Source: Callorhinchus milii (taxonomy: Eukaryota). Taken from it: 64,000 nt of DNA. Location: NCBI RefSeq assembly GCF_018977255.1, contig NW_024704743.1:51772001-51836000 (forward strand). Direction: 5' to 3'. Both the position numbers and the translations under genes were made by a program. Below the pieces are notes generated by a model. The model worked only from the letters and a program-made list of their open reading frames with translations. It was not told where the DNA came from and did no database searches. Positions 26,401 to 37,818 of this stretch are shown in pieces (within the stretch, counting starts at the first letter, position 1; every line of letters begins with the position of its first letter).

Positions 26401-28619
26401 GATCACCGGTTGATTCTCAGTTGACGAAGCTGACTGTTCATAGCTCGTTAAACCCATCGAGAAAGACTGGCTGTAACTTATATATAGGGCATCGGTATCA
26501 CCTACTGGTAAAGGCAAGGTACACTATATCATCACAATTATTCAATAAGGATCTGTGTTCACACCGAATGGGACGCAAGCAGATCGTGGACGCATTTCTG
26601 CAAACGTCGCATTGAAACCCCAGACTGGACGCGTTAATTGTATAAAACTTAATGAACCCGATTTTTTTTTGCTACAAACGTCAACGCGGCTCAAAATACG
26701 ACCCGTAAAATACACACAGTGGGCTTGAGATCATTATCTTTTCAGAAATCTACTCCGTCGAGATCACCTTGTTTTTTTGCAGGAAATTCCCACGAAGGCA
26801 GAATGATTTGTGATTAGGTTTAAGATGAGGGTTGCGCGCTGCTAGAAGTTGTCCCAATTATAAGGGGACGATATCAGTTTAATAATTCATTGGAGCTTCC
26901 AATGACTCCCTCTTAAACCGACCTGATTCAAAAAAAAACGATGAAGGCTTCTCTAATAAATGCATATGATATATGCATATGTGGTATAGATAGATTTATA
27001 TATTATACATCCATATATGCATGCACACAGATAGATGCATGTGCCGAGATAGATATTCAGCAGGTTATGTTTCGTGGGTAACGTTTCAGAACAGTCGCCT
27101 TCTTTAAGGATCCCGGCCTCGCAGTGCGTCCAAACTGCGCACAATCCATCAGAGCCCCTCTCCTCTCCCCTCCCGCAGCCTCGTTGCCTTCACTGTCAAG
27201 TTCAAGCTTCTTCAACATTATTCTTTCCCTCATTTGACCCTTCTAAACCGACACGAGTTGGGAAAACGCATGGCTCCCATTCTACCGTCGTGTTTGCATC
27301 ACGTTCGTTAAAATGTGCCCCTGAGCTAGCCAGCGACGTTTCGTTTCCATTTCCCATTTGTTTGCTTTTGTTTGCTCCTGACACTTCTTAATGTACTCCA
27401 GCGTGTTTTAATTGATTTTCCTGTTTTTTTTATTCACCTGATTTCTTAGACTACTTCTCAAGACTCTCTTAAACGCGCAGTCCCTCTGTCCTTTGGCTGG
27501 CGTGCAATTAGTCTTGTGAACAATGTTTAAACAAACGTTTAACAACGTCAGCTTGTCCACCATCATTTCCACAGACGTCAATCTGAAGTCATTTTTTATT
27601 TATAATCCCCATTATTTCAGGCGAATTGAAATTCTAATATTGCACATAGAATTTTAAGTAACAGTTTGTAATTTTTTCGTTGTGGAAAAATCGAAAGCTA
27701 CGCTGCACATTGTGAAACGAAGCGCATTCCCAGAATAACTCCCATGTAACCCACTGTGATAAAACTATATATTTTCACCATCAATTTAACGAGCACAAGG
27801 ATTGTCAGATACGAACCCCGAAAGCCACTTGGGTGTCAGAAACAGGCGATGGATTAAGCCGGCGTTTTACCAACAAACTTGTCATGAAAGGAGGGGGTGG
27901 GGTGGGGGGGGGGAGGAACAGGATTTATGGACGCGCACAAATAAAATCAAAAGTACCATAAATTAATAAACGATTAGCTACAACAAATTGCAGAGAAAAA
28001 TCTATTGATACAGAATGAGAAAACCGGATTGAGCAATCCCGATCAATTACCTGAGATATTGTGTCAGGTTAATTTACAAAGTCGCATGTTAAAACCTGGG
28101 TTGTGTTGGTGGATTTCCGATTTCCTTACTCTGAATAAATCAGTTGAGTTACACTCTTTTTTTTTAGGAGCAGAGGCGGCGATGATTATTGTTTGGTAAC
28201 CCGGTGCACTTGATCATGCAAAGTAGTGTTTTTTTAGAAAGGGACAATGGGAGAAACAAAAGAACGGGGAAGGGAAGAAAAGGACGAAGGGGAAGGAAAA
28301 GGAAATATTGTCAAATGCAAAAAAAAAAAGCACACGGATGAATGAGGAAAGGGAGGAGAGGGTGGAGAAATGAGGCAGAGAGGAATAGAGAGCTGAGATG
28401 CATGCGGTGAAATGAATTGCAACATGGAAAGAAAAGGCAAGTGTGTGTGTGTGGGGGTGGGGGGGGTGGAGTGAGGGGGGGGTTGAGAGAGAAAAAAAAA
28501 GTAAAGCAAAGAGGGGTTTGGCGAGGAATGGCCAGAATATGAATGAATCGATCGAGAGGGTAAATGGAAAGGGGGAAAGCGGAGAAGGAAGGGAAGGAAT
28601 GAAAGAAAGAGGAGCTGCA

Positions 28620-28860
28620 GAAAGTGGTCCCTGGCTGGGAGGAAGCTGAGTGCCATTGGCCGGTGGCTGGGGTGGGGGGGGGGGGGGGTGGGGGGGAGGC
28701 TCCCCTCATCCCAGTCAGTGAGCTGGCGAGGCCGGGGGGGGGGGGGGGGGGGAGGGGAGGGCAGGGGAGGGGCACCCGCCGCTATGTAAATTGTGCGCGG
28801 GTGATTGACAGCAGCTGTGGCCGCCGCCGCGCTATCTAACCAGCACTCGGCAGCAGCGCT
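28620..28860 (+). promoter_or_regulatory. irx2 proximal promoter
   Basis: GC/CpG-rich segment upstream of the ATG with an inverted CCAAT (ATTGG 28655-28659), long G tracts, TATA-like TATGTAAAT (~28782) and the PBX/PREP-MEIS decamer TGATTGACAG (28802-28811). Confidence 0.65.
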
Positions 28861-29014
28861 TAGCAAAAGCACTCAGAGCCTCTCCTGCAGCTCTCCAGCC
28901 ACAGCCACAGCCACATGCAGACACCTTCCTAACCCAGCGCCCAAGCCAAACCAGGGGGGGTGGGAGGGCGGGGGGTGCATCTCAGATACATGCTAGCTCT
29001 CTAGCAGCAAACCA

Positions 29015-29015
<1 letters not shown>

Positions 29016-29048
<33 letters not shown>

Positions 29049-29118
29049 TCCCTCTCTTTCTATCTCTTCTTTTTTTGTTGTTTTCTTTTGTGTGTGTGTG
29101 TGTGTGTGTGTGCGTGTG
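29016..29118. repeat. (CT)n and (TG)n microsatellites immediately upstream of the irx2 ATG
   Basis: Direct reading. Confidence 0.9.
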
Positions 29119-29130
29119 TTTTGGAAAGCG

Positions 29131-29367
29131 ATGTCTTATCCTCAGGGTTATCTGTACCAGCCGGCTGGCTCCTTGGCTCTCTACTCGTGCCCGGCGTACA
29201 GTGCCTCGGCGCTGACCGCCCCAAGGAGCGATGAGCTGGGCAGAGCCTCGTCCGGCTCGGCGTTCAGCCCATACGCGGGCTCAGCAGCCTTCACAGCCCC
29301 CTCTACAGGCTTCACTAACCCGCTTCAGTACTCAACTGACCCCGCAGCTGGATTCCCGTCCTACATG
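29131..29367 (+). CDS. irx2: Iroquois homeobox 2, coding exon 1 ([23 protein letters not shown]...GFPSYM)
   Basis: ATG at 29131 opens the N-terminus typical of Irx2/Irx5 ([10 protein letters not shown]...[18 protein letters not shown]). The exon is 237 nt and ends at a phase-0 donor ATG|GTACGT (GT at 29368). Confidence 0.95.
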
Positions 29368-30378
29368 GTACGTCAATAAATTTTAAACCGACTGCATTGC
29401 ATGCATGCATTTGCGTATTTAAGACATTTTTTTTTTTTAACTTTGCGACCCTTTGGACTGCTCAGCCGTGACTTTAATTAAGTTTTATTTCTGCTTTTGA
29501 CAAACGTTGGGTTTTTTTTTTAACTGCAGTACTTGTGAAGTTACGATCCAGCTGATTATAGCGAGGGATCGTGCTTTCTGCTGATGGACAGACACACACT
29601 CATGCTGTGCGTGAAGGGAGTATTTTTGTGTCATAAAAAGCAGGCAAAAAAAAAAGCGAAACGATCTGCTAAAGAAAGGAATGTGTTTCACAGGATTTCA
29701 ACGATCCGGCACACAAATAGTAGACGTTAGTTGATCGGAGAAAAAGTTGAATGGGTCTGAAAAAAAAACGAAATGCTATTATTAAAGTTGAGCCATCAAT
29801 TGCACACGTTCAAAGTTAAGATTTCCAGGTTTATGAAGCAAAGCTGAAAAGTAATTGCATTCGCTGTTTACGCATATAATTAGAGAGAAGGTCAACCAGA
29901 AGGTGGCCTTTGTGTTTTGGTTGATGCACCAAATATCACAGCCACAACATAGTAATGCTTGTGAATTGCAACTGCCTCAAAACATATTCAGACATGCTTT
30001 GTTTTTGTTTTTTCGCGTTTGCAACTTTGTGAAAGTAGTTGACAATAGTGCAACCAAGAAGACCCGCCGCCATTTTCACCGACAGGAAAATATCTTTGAT
30101 TTTCTTTCTTTCTTTCTTTCTTTATTTATTTTTATTTTTTTTAAAAAAATCGTGCAACAATGTCAAACACTTCTTTCGAAACCGTAGGAGAAATGTGTTT
30201 CGATCCGCGGAGTGTCACAGTGCGATTTGAGCTCTTGACAGTGTTAAAAAAAAAAGGCCGCGCAATCCAAGAAATGCGCACACTGGGTCTGATCTGTACG
30301 ATTTTGCAAAATTGGAGTTTGGATAAATACGATCCTCTTGTCCCGAAAGAGTGATGGTTTGTTCCTCTGCACTTTTAG

Positions 30379-30787
30379 GGATCTCCGTATGATGCTCACA
30401 CGGCAGGGATGGCCGGGACCCTCAGTTATCACCCGTACGGTAACGCTGCTTATCCATATCAGCTGAACGACCCAGCCTACAGGAAAAACGCCACCCGAGA
30501 CGCCACGGCCACTCTGAAAGCCTGGCTGAACGAGCACAGGAAGAACCCTTACCCCACCAAAGGGGAGAAGATCATGCTGGCCATCATCACCAAGATGACC
30601 CTGACCCAGGTCTCCACCTGGTTCGCCAACGCCCGGAGAAGGCTCAAGAAGGAGAACAAGATGACCTGGGCTCCGAGGAACAAAAGTGAAGACGAGGAAG
30701 AGGAGGAATTAGGAGAGAGTGAAAGGAACAAGCAGGAAAGTTGTGAAAAAAGCCACGACCACAACGAAACTTCGGTGGAGGATGAAG
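30379..30787 (+). CDS. irx2: Iroquois homeobox 2, coding exon 2 (TALE homeodomain and acidic region)
   Basis: Acceptor ttttag|GGA at 30378/30379 is in frame with exon 1. It encodes the Irx homeodomain [59 protein letters not shown] (from 30481), then [15 protein letters not shown]. Phase-1 donor G|GTTAGT at 30788. Confidence 0.97.
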
Positions 30788-31545
30788 GTTAGTGACATTG
30801 GATATTACGTTCTTCCAACTTTCTTTTTGTTTTGCAGCGACTGCGCTGCAGACCACAGTATGTGTATGAGAATATAACTATTCGCGAGCTTTTTGACATC
30901 AAGATATAATTTTAACAAGGCGTTCAACAGTACTCGGGGGTGGGGTGGGGGGGGGGGGGGGAAGCAATAATACTGTGGGCAGACACCGTGAGGAAAACAT
31001 AAACACACATGTAAACACGAGCAGGGATAGATGTGCAATGTTTTATTTTGATTTCTCTCGCTTGTTAATCCTGTTGTGCTGTTAATTCAATGCACATTGC
31101 ACGTCAAGAGATACCGATCACTACACAAAGTTGCTCAATTGCATATTGTAACATTAAATGCATCGTTGAGACAGTCACGTCGTGATGCAGAAGCGTTTAA
31201 TTGTATTTGAGGCTGACGGGCTATTCATGAGTTCTCCAAAAGAACGAAACACACACCAATGTGGCCGTCTTTAACAATATCCCAAGCCTGTGCGCCTACA
31301 ATACATGTGTTTCCGCACCTTTATAAATGTAGGGCGATGTTTTAGTACACGCCAGTGAAGTATCTGTGTGCATGAGGGGAATCGTACACGTTGGTGCATT
31401 TTTTTTAAAAAAAATAAAATGTCAATGCACGTGTAAATATTCTGCAAATATTCAAAGATAAACCTTTCTGCACGGGTTCTGCTCATTTTACCAAGGCAGG
31501 CCGTTCGAGTATTTTAATAGCAAGCTGTGCTTTGTTTTGTTGCAG

Positions 31546-32229
31546 GGATTAGTTTGCACGTCGACACCCTGACTGACAGTTCCTGTTCTCCCGAGTGCGG
31601 AGGGGAGAAAGCGAACAGAGTGGACGACAGCGTCTGCGAATCGGGATCCGAAACCAAGGAGAAATGCGACAATTGTGCTGCGGACGACGAGGATGTCGAT
31701 GATGCGGATGAGAGCGATGGCGACGAGGAAGAGAGAGACCTGACTCGGAAAGCTGTGAGATCCTCGCCCCTCACCGGGGTGGAAGCCCCTCTCCTTCACG
31801 TTCAAGACGACGAGAGCTCGGGGAGTGTAAACAAAAACAGCCTGAGCAGCATCACCTCCCCGGCCTCACACACTCAAGCCAACAAACCCAAACTTTGGTC
31901 CTTAGCAGAAATCGCCACCTCGGATATAAAACAGCAGATCGGACAGATTTGTTCTTCATCGTCGACCTCATCGTCATCTTCCTCAAGCCCTACCTACCCG
32001 GCCACTTCAATTCTTGGCAGACCCATTTACTACACTGCCCCCTTTTACACTAACTACACGAACTACGCCAACTTTAATCATCTGCAAACCCAAGGCATTC
32101 TGCGGTACAGCACCAACGACTCTGTCTTAAACACTGCTTCCATACACAAACAAAGCACTGACTCTCTAAAAACTGCGAGCTCCCAGCTGGACCAACACTT
32201 CAGGGCCACGGCTTACGACTCCAAAAAAG
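31546..32229 (+). CDS. irx2: Iroquois homeobox 2, coding exon 3 (acidic region, IRO box, Ser-rich tract)
   Basis: Acceptor ttgttgcag|GG is phase 1, matching exon 2 (EDEG/ISLHVD). IRO box [13 protein letters not shown] at ~31884-31922, followed by Irx2-type [17 protein letters not shown]. Phase-1 donor AAG|GTACGT at 32230. Confidence 0.95.
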
Positions 32230-32446
32230 GTACGTGCTGATGCCAAGCTTTCTGCTTACAGGAGATGTGCAGTGAGAGGCAAATCATTAGCCCTTAACAA
32301 AAAAAAATACCCGGGGTGGGTTCTGCAAAGCTGTCGCTACAAGTGCTGCATGGTCGGATCACATAAGATTTATCAATTATTATTTATTTCTAAAAAAAAC
32401 ACCCACACCCACACACAAAAGTGTAGTAGCAGTAATCTTTAGTTGG

Positions 32447-32450
<4 letters not shown>

Positions 32451-32488
<38 letters not shown>
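32451..32488. repeat. (GA)n microsatellite in irx2 intron 3
   Basis: Direct reading. Confidence 0.9.
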
Positions 32489-32520
32489 TGTGACTAAATG
32501 ATGGTTGTATTTTTTGACAG

Positions 32521-32564
32521 ACCCCAGCGATGTCTGCACAGTAGGAGTGCAACCATATCTATAG
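32521..32564 (+). CDS. irx2: Iroquois homeobox 2, coding exon 4 (C-terminus DPSDVCTVGVQPYL*)
   Basis: Acceptor tttttgacag| at 32520 is phase 1. The translation ends ...CTVGVQPYL-TAG, resembling the ...GVQPYL end I recall for vertebrate IRX2, which favours Irx2 over Irx5. Total CDS is 1374 nt. Confidence 0.9.
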
Positions 32565-32931
32565 ATGTTTAATCAGCAGTGCAAGTAAGTAATCATATGG
32601 ACTTAAACTTTTATAGGAGGGTTTTAAAATTAAAGTAGTGAAAGTAAATGTGCTGCAGATTTTTTTTGCCGTAACTAAAAGTTGTATTAAGTTATTTTAC
32701 TCCCATTATTTATGGATTGAAAATTTAGGGCATAAGTAATGCCCCTCCCCCCCCACCCCATCTCCCCCCCCCCCCCCCCCCCCACCCCCACCCCTACCCC
32801 TTACTACCACACAAATTTTGCAATGTCTCCATTAATTGTGTTTAATGTGTCTTTGAAAATGTGACAGTTGTGTGTTCACAATTGAACAAGTTGGCTGATT
32901 GGGATTTTTCTTTTATTTCCTTGGTCTGCAG

Positions 32932-33420
32932 GTAGGTGTCACAATTGCTTTGAAAATATCAGCGAGCCATCCCCCCCAGCTATTAAGCAAAAAAAAATGT
33001 ATATAATACCGGATCACATCTTGTGCCACTGTATAGAGAATACCCACAGAGCACTATTTTAATTCCACAGATCATGTTAATTTAAAAAAAAAGTAAAATC
33101 CGTGCAAACATATCTGTGCATTTGTTAGTTACAATAATGATTCTTCTGTATATGTGACTTTGGATAATGTGTTCTCAGGTTCTCTTCACTTGATCCGTTT
33201 ATTTGCCACGTTCTTGGTGTAATGCGGCTTATTGTAAAACTATTTGTAGATATACAGTAGAACAATGTGATTGAAGATCTTGAGTATCTGAAAAAGTGGA
33301 AAACATTTGATATTTATTTTTGTAATGACGACATAAAGCTTCTAGTAATTTATGCAAGTTGTATTGCAATGAAATCTGAACATTTTGTAAATAAATCTGC
33401 TTGTTTTTTTTGAAACGTGA
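32932..33420 (+). other. irx2: Probable terminal 3'UTR exon of irx2
   Basis: Consensus donor CAA|GTAAGT at 32585, and a polypyrimidine tract with ctgcag acceptor ending at 32931. AU-rich sequence follows, with AATAAA at 33390. Confidence 0.6.
33390..33395 (+). terminator. Polyadenylation signal AATAAA (second candidate at 33483-33488)
   Basis: AATAAA followed by T/GT-rich sequence downstream of the irx2 stop codon. Confidence 0.6.
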
Positions 33421-36400
33421 TGACAGTTACAATCTGTTTGGTTGTTATAAGGATTCTTTACTAATTTATATCTTTAAATGTAAATAAAATTGACTAGTCT
33501 GCAACTACAATTTGTTCGAAATGTTGTTTGAATTATTAGTATTTCATTTCAGAGGTTTATTTGACGTTAAATTTTATTTTATTTCGCGTTGGTGATGGAA
33601 ACTTAATTAAAATATCTTTAAAGAATGCGTTTGATATTTATTTCAAATCAGAACTGTTGTTTGCCGTTTGAACGTAGGCGGTAAAGCTGGGAAACCAGAT
33701 TTAAAATTATATAACGCTCAAATATTTGTACGACTCAATGCTTAATGAGTGGCAAAACAATTTAAATAATAGTCTTTTAATAACAGAAGCAAATGCCAAT
33801 TTCAGAGACTTTGAATCTGTATATTTTCCTTATCTAACAACACTTAACGATTGTGTTCCGCAAAAAGTAGCATTTCTTATATTTCCAGTCGTTGTATACT
33901 TTCCGAATTCAGAATAAGATTACATTTTAAATAACTTAAATGGATACAGTCAGCCCTATGGTATCATAATGTACTTATCTAAAGCAAAAATCATCGGCGG
34001 CGTAATTCATAATTTCAGCAGTGAGATCTGAGTGTTGTGTATACATTGAAAAATAATTGTAACTTGATACAAGTCGCGGCAGATTGTTTAAAAGAAACGA
34101 ATAAAAAAAAACCATAAAAACATCAGAGATCACTAAAGGCAGAACACCGGCAGGACAGCAGCAGGTTGCTTTATTTTAGCCCAAGACACCCCCCACCCAC
34201 CCCACCCCACCCCCAACCCCTCCAGAAAAAAAAGCCACTATTTATTATAGGGCACCGATCATTGTGTTTAAAAGAAAACTAAAGATGTGTAATTAATTAT
34301 TATAATTAGCGCCTTTTCTAAAGGAACATAAATATCCAAAATTAGCGAATGTGACAAGTCGACGACCTACAACAATGCCGTTGACTTTGCTACAATCAAT
34401 CTCAAAATGCTTCAAAGCCCCATGCATTTCAGTCCATGAACTGAGTAATAATGTCGTACTGTGTGATTTTTTTTAAAAAAAAGGGAGCATAAATCCCAGC
34501 GGGGGGGGAATACTAGTTGCTTTTCCGTTTGGATCGGCCAGTCGGGGTGCATTATGGCGGATATTCGACAATTTATAAAATCTTGTCTAAACATCTGCCA
34601 TCTCAAATGCCTCAATCTGGCGGCTGAGGAGAAATTGCTTTAACAGGAGAAATTGACACGCAGGCTCTGATAGCTTCCCCAGTGACTTATTTCGCTCTGA
34701 AAATTGTTGGCGTTGGTCACTTCTCGTTAGCGAAGGGCATTTGAAAGTGATCCCCTGCAACACTTGAAGCCATCAGCCTTCGGGATGTTAAGTGTCTAAT
34801 GACCCATTCATTGATCAAGCCTGATATTGTTATACAGTGCTACTTCTGTTGGGAAAGAGCGATAGCTTTTTTCGCCGCTGCTCATTCATTAGGAATATAT
34901 TTCTCCCATCACTTTGACAAGAAACGAGGATCGGTGTGAAGTACACGAAAAGAGTGCAAAAATGTCAGAATCGGTTCTTGGCTATTCTGATTTTTTTTTC
35001 TTAGCGGGTATAGGAGAGGGCAGACGAGTGCTTGTTATTTTTTTTGTATTTACTCAGACGTTAACTTATTTTGAGAAATATTGTTTTAAAAAACACACTG
35101 ATGTTAAGTGATCTAAAATAATAATGGATAAGAAACCCCAAGCAGGATCGGTTTATTTATACCCGCTGTCCGAATGAATGAGATAAGTTTGTGCTGATAA
35201 AATAAAATTCGCTGTCGAGAATGTATTTTTGTAACACTGTCAAACAGGGAACCAACCCAGTAACTTCACTGTTTGGAGAATATAGGGTGACATTTTGTCA
35301 CATGGCCATCTGTGAACCTCTTGGTGCTGGTGGTGACTTTTATTGCAGTGTTAATTAAAACAGACTTTGTATATTTTTGCCAGTAGACCAAAACGACCAT
35401 TACTTCAGCAGTAGCGTAACAGGGACTCCAAAGGTCACCAAGTGAAGAAAGTATACTCTATTTAAATACTGTTCAATATGAATAGAAGGCGTCTCTGGGG
35501 GTTTAAAAAAACAAACTCCAAAGGCAGGAGGGTTTTAAGCGTAAAAGCAAACATTCCGCAGGCCTGCAATTCACGTCGCTTCATTCGAGCAGATTTATTG
35601 AAATGTAATCTTTAATCTCAGGTGGGCTCCTGCGGGAATGCCGGTGTTGTCAAATATTACTGCAGGCGCTTTCACGTCGGGCTGCCGTTGCTCCTGCTCT
35701 CGAGCTAAATGTCAATATTTGTTCTTTCAGAAAGCCTTATTGTTTCTGGTTTTTGGGGGGAAAAAAAGGGAGGGGGGTACCAACCGCCTTATTTTTGCTC
35801 GGGGAAACGTCCCCCTTGATCGTTTGATTAAAGGCGAAATAAAGACAGAAGGCAGAAATCCGCGCATAAATGTGATAATGTTATTGTGTGACGAGCTCTT
35901 TTTAGAAAGCCCAATATCCCTGTTGGACAGAAGCTGCAAAGATGTATGAGCTTATTCAAGGCAGCCGAGGAAGCGTTTCACAAGCCTAATGGGAACAGTT
36001 TGAAAGCCATAATGAAGACAATCAGCTGCGTTTTCTACACTTTCCTTGACAATTAAATAGCCCAGAAAGGCAGTGAAGTTTCTGCCTTGAATGAGCTAAT
36101 TATCTTCTTTAAAGGTAGAGACCGCGTTGACAATACCACCCCCACCCCCCACCCCCCCCCCCTTACTCTGCCTAGAAATTATATTAATCATGAAACACAC
36201 TTAACAGGAATTCCCATTAAATTCAGATTATTGCATATTCATCTTGTAAAACGGGAATTCGCTGTACTTCGAACAGTTTACAAAAGGCGTTTAATCAGGC
36301 TTGCATTTCGATGGAAAGTCAGCGAATTGTGGTCAAACGAGGAACAAGAGTAGCAATCTGAGATTCAGAATAACTAGGACAAGGCTAAACTCGAGTGGAC

Positions 36401-37788
36401 GAGTGTATAATCTGATCATAATTTATGCAGTTGACAGCACGCACGCAGGGGATTCAATGGATGTGGATTGGGAATGGTGTGTGTGTTTGGGGGGGGGGGG
36501 GGAGGGGGGTGAAGGGGATAGCATTAATCATGGGATTGAATTTAATAACTATTTAATCGAAATAAACCGAATATGCAAATAGATCTCACTGGACCGTGCT
36601 GGTGTGACAACCTGAGCCATTTAATGTGTGCTATAAGCACTCTGGTTGTATCGGACAAGCAAAAGGTGAGCTTATGATGTACCAATGATCAACAGCACGC
36701 TCTTAAAATACTCTCGAAATGTTGAACAGGGTTAACCAAAATATTGTTTGAAAATTTTGAACTACACCACAACTGAACAACAATCTTCTGAATTGATCAC
36801 AGGACGTCGTGAAGGCTGTGTGAGGTTCGCCGAGACCAGCGATTGCAACAGTACAGATAAAGCAGCACAGATTTTTTAAAAAAAATTATTTCACCAACTA
36901 AACATTATGCCTTGAAATGACAGTGGCCTCGCATAATAATAAAAAAAATAGTGCGACAGATATGCGTTTAACTATCTTCCGTGGCCGGACTTTTAAGAAC
37001 AGACATCACGTGAGAGAAACATTTCGAGAAGCAAAAATAAACTTGTACGAGAAACTTCAGTCGGAGCCTGTGCACAACCGACTGCAAACACTGCAAAAGA
37101 CTGCAACTTGGTACCAATTGCACTGAACCAGCAGTTCCCAGAATATTTTACAGGACGAATCTGTACTATTGCAATCGCTCATCTCGGCAAACCTCACGCT
37201 TATATAGAATTAAGTCTAAGAGATGGGAACGTTTGATTTAAAAGGTTTTGATCGGAATCAGTCATATGAGCTACTAACTCACTGTACAGCTGTCTCGCCA
37301 CCGCTTGTGGGTGACGAGTTTCCAGACGTGACTCGTCTGCATCGAAATTAGTTTTGATCTGCACGGAGTTCCCGTTTTGTTCGTGAAATGAACGTTAAAA
37401 CTACGTGGGCATTTGTTTTACACGCAGATACTTCACCCATTAAAGAATTGTGCTCCGGGATAATATTGGCGAGATTTTTTTTAAGTTAAGTTTTACGCGG
37501 CTTTGCATTTAACAGATTAGTTCTGTCTGTTACGTTTGACATTTCAATTCAGGTCGGCTGCTATAATCCATGCATAACGTTTTATTTTAATTTAGCCCAG
37601 GTGAAATGTGATAGCGGCTTGTCTAATATTCATGTTCCATTCCAGCCTTATTTTTCTGTGTGTTTTTATTGGAAATGCTGGCGTGGTGGAAGCCAATGCA
37701 ATGCCTAAACCAAGCTTTACACATTAAACGTGCAGTTACACAAATAAGATTGCTATAAAAACACTGCAGGCAACAGACTGACTGCCCA

Positions 37789-37818
37789 GTGTGTGCGTGT
37801 GTGTGTGTGTGTGTGTGT
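37789..37818. repeat. (TG)n microsatellite
   Basis: Direct reading. Confidence 0.9.

Noticed and set aside
28234..28872. 212-aa minus-strand ORF and overlapping ORFs over the promoter
   Set aside because: Low-complexity Pro/Ser/Phe/Leu translation of purine and G tracts, with no domain. Stop codons are simply rare in this composition.
29092..29130. N-terminal extension [13 protein letters not shown] of the exon 1 ORF
   Set aside because: Non-ATG start in a (TG)n microsatellite. The conserved start is the ATG at 29131.
30244..31805. Antisense ORFs overlapping irx2 exons 2-3
   Set aside because: Shadow frames of GC-rich coding sequence.
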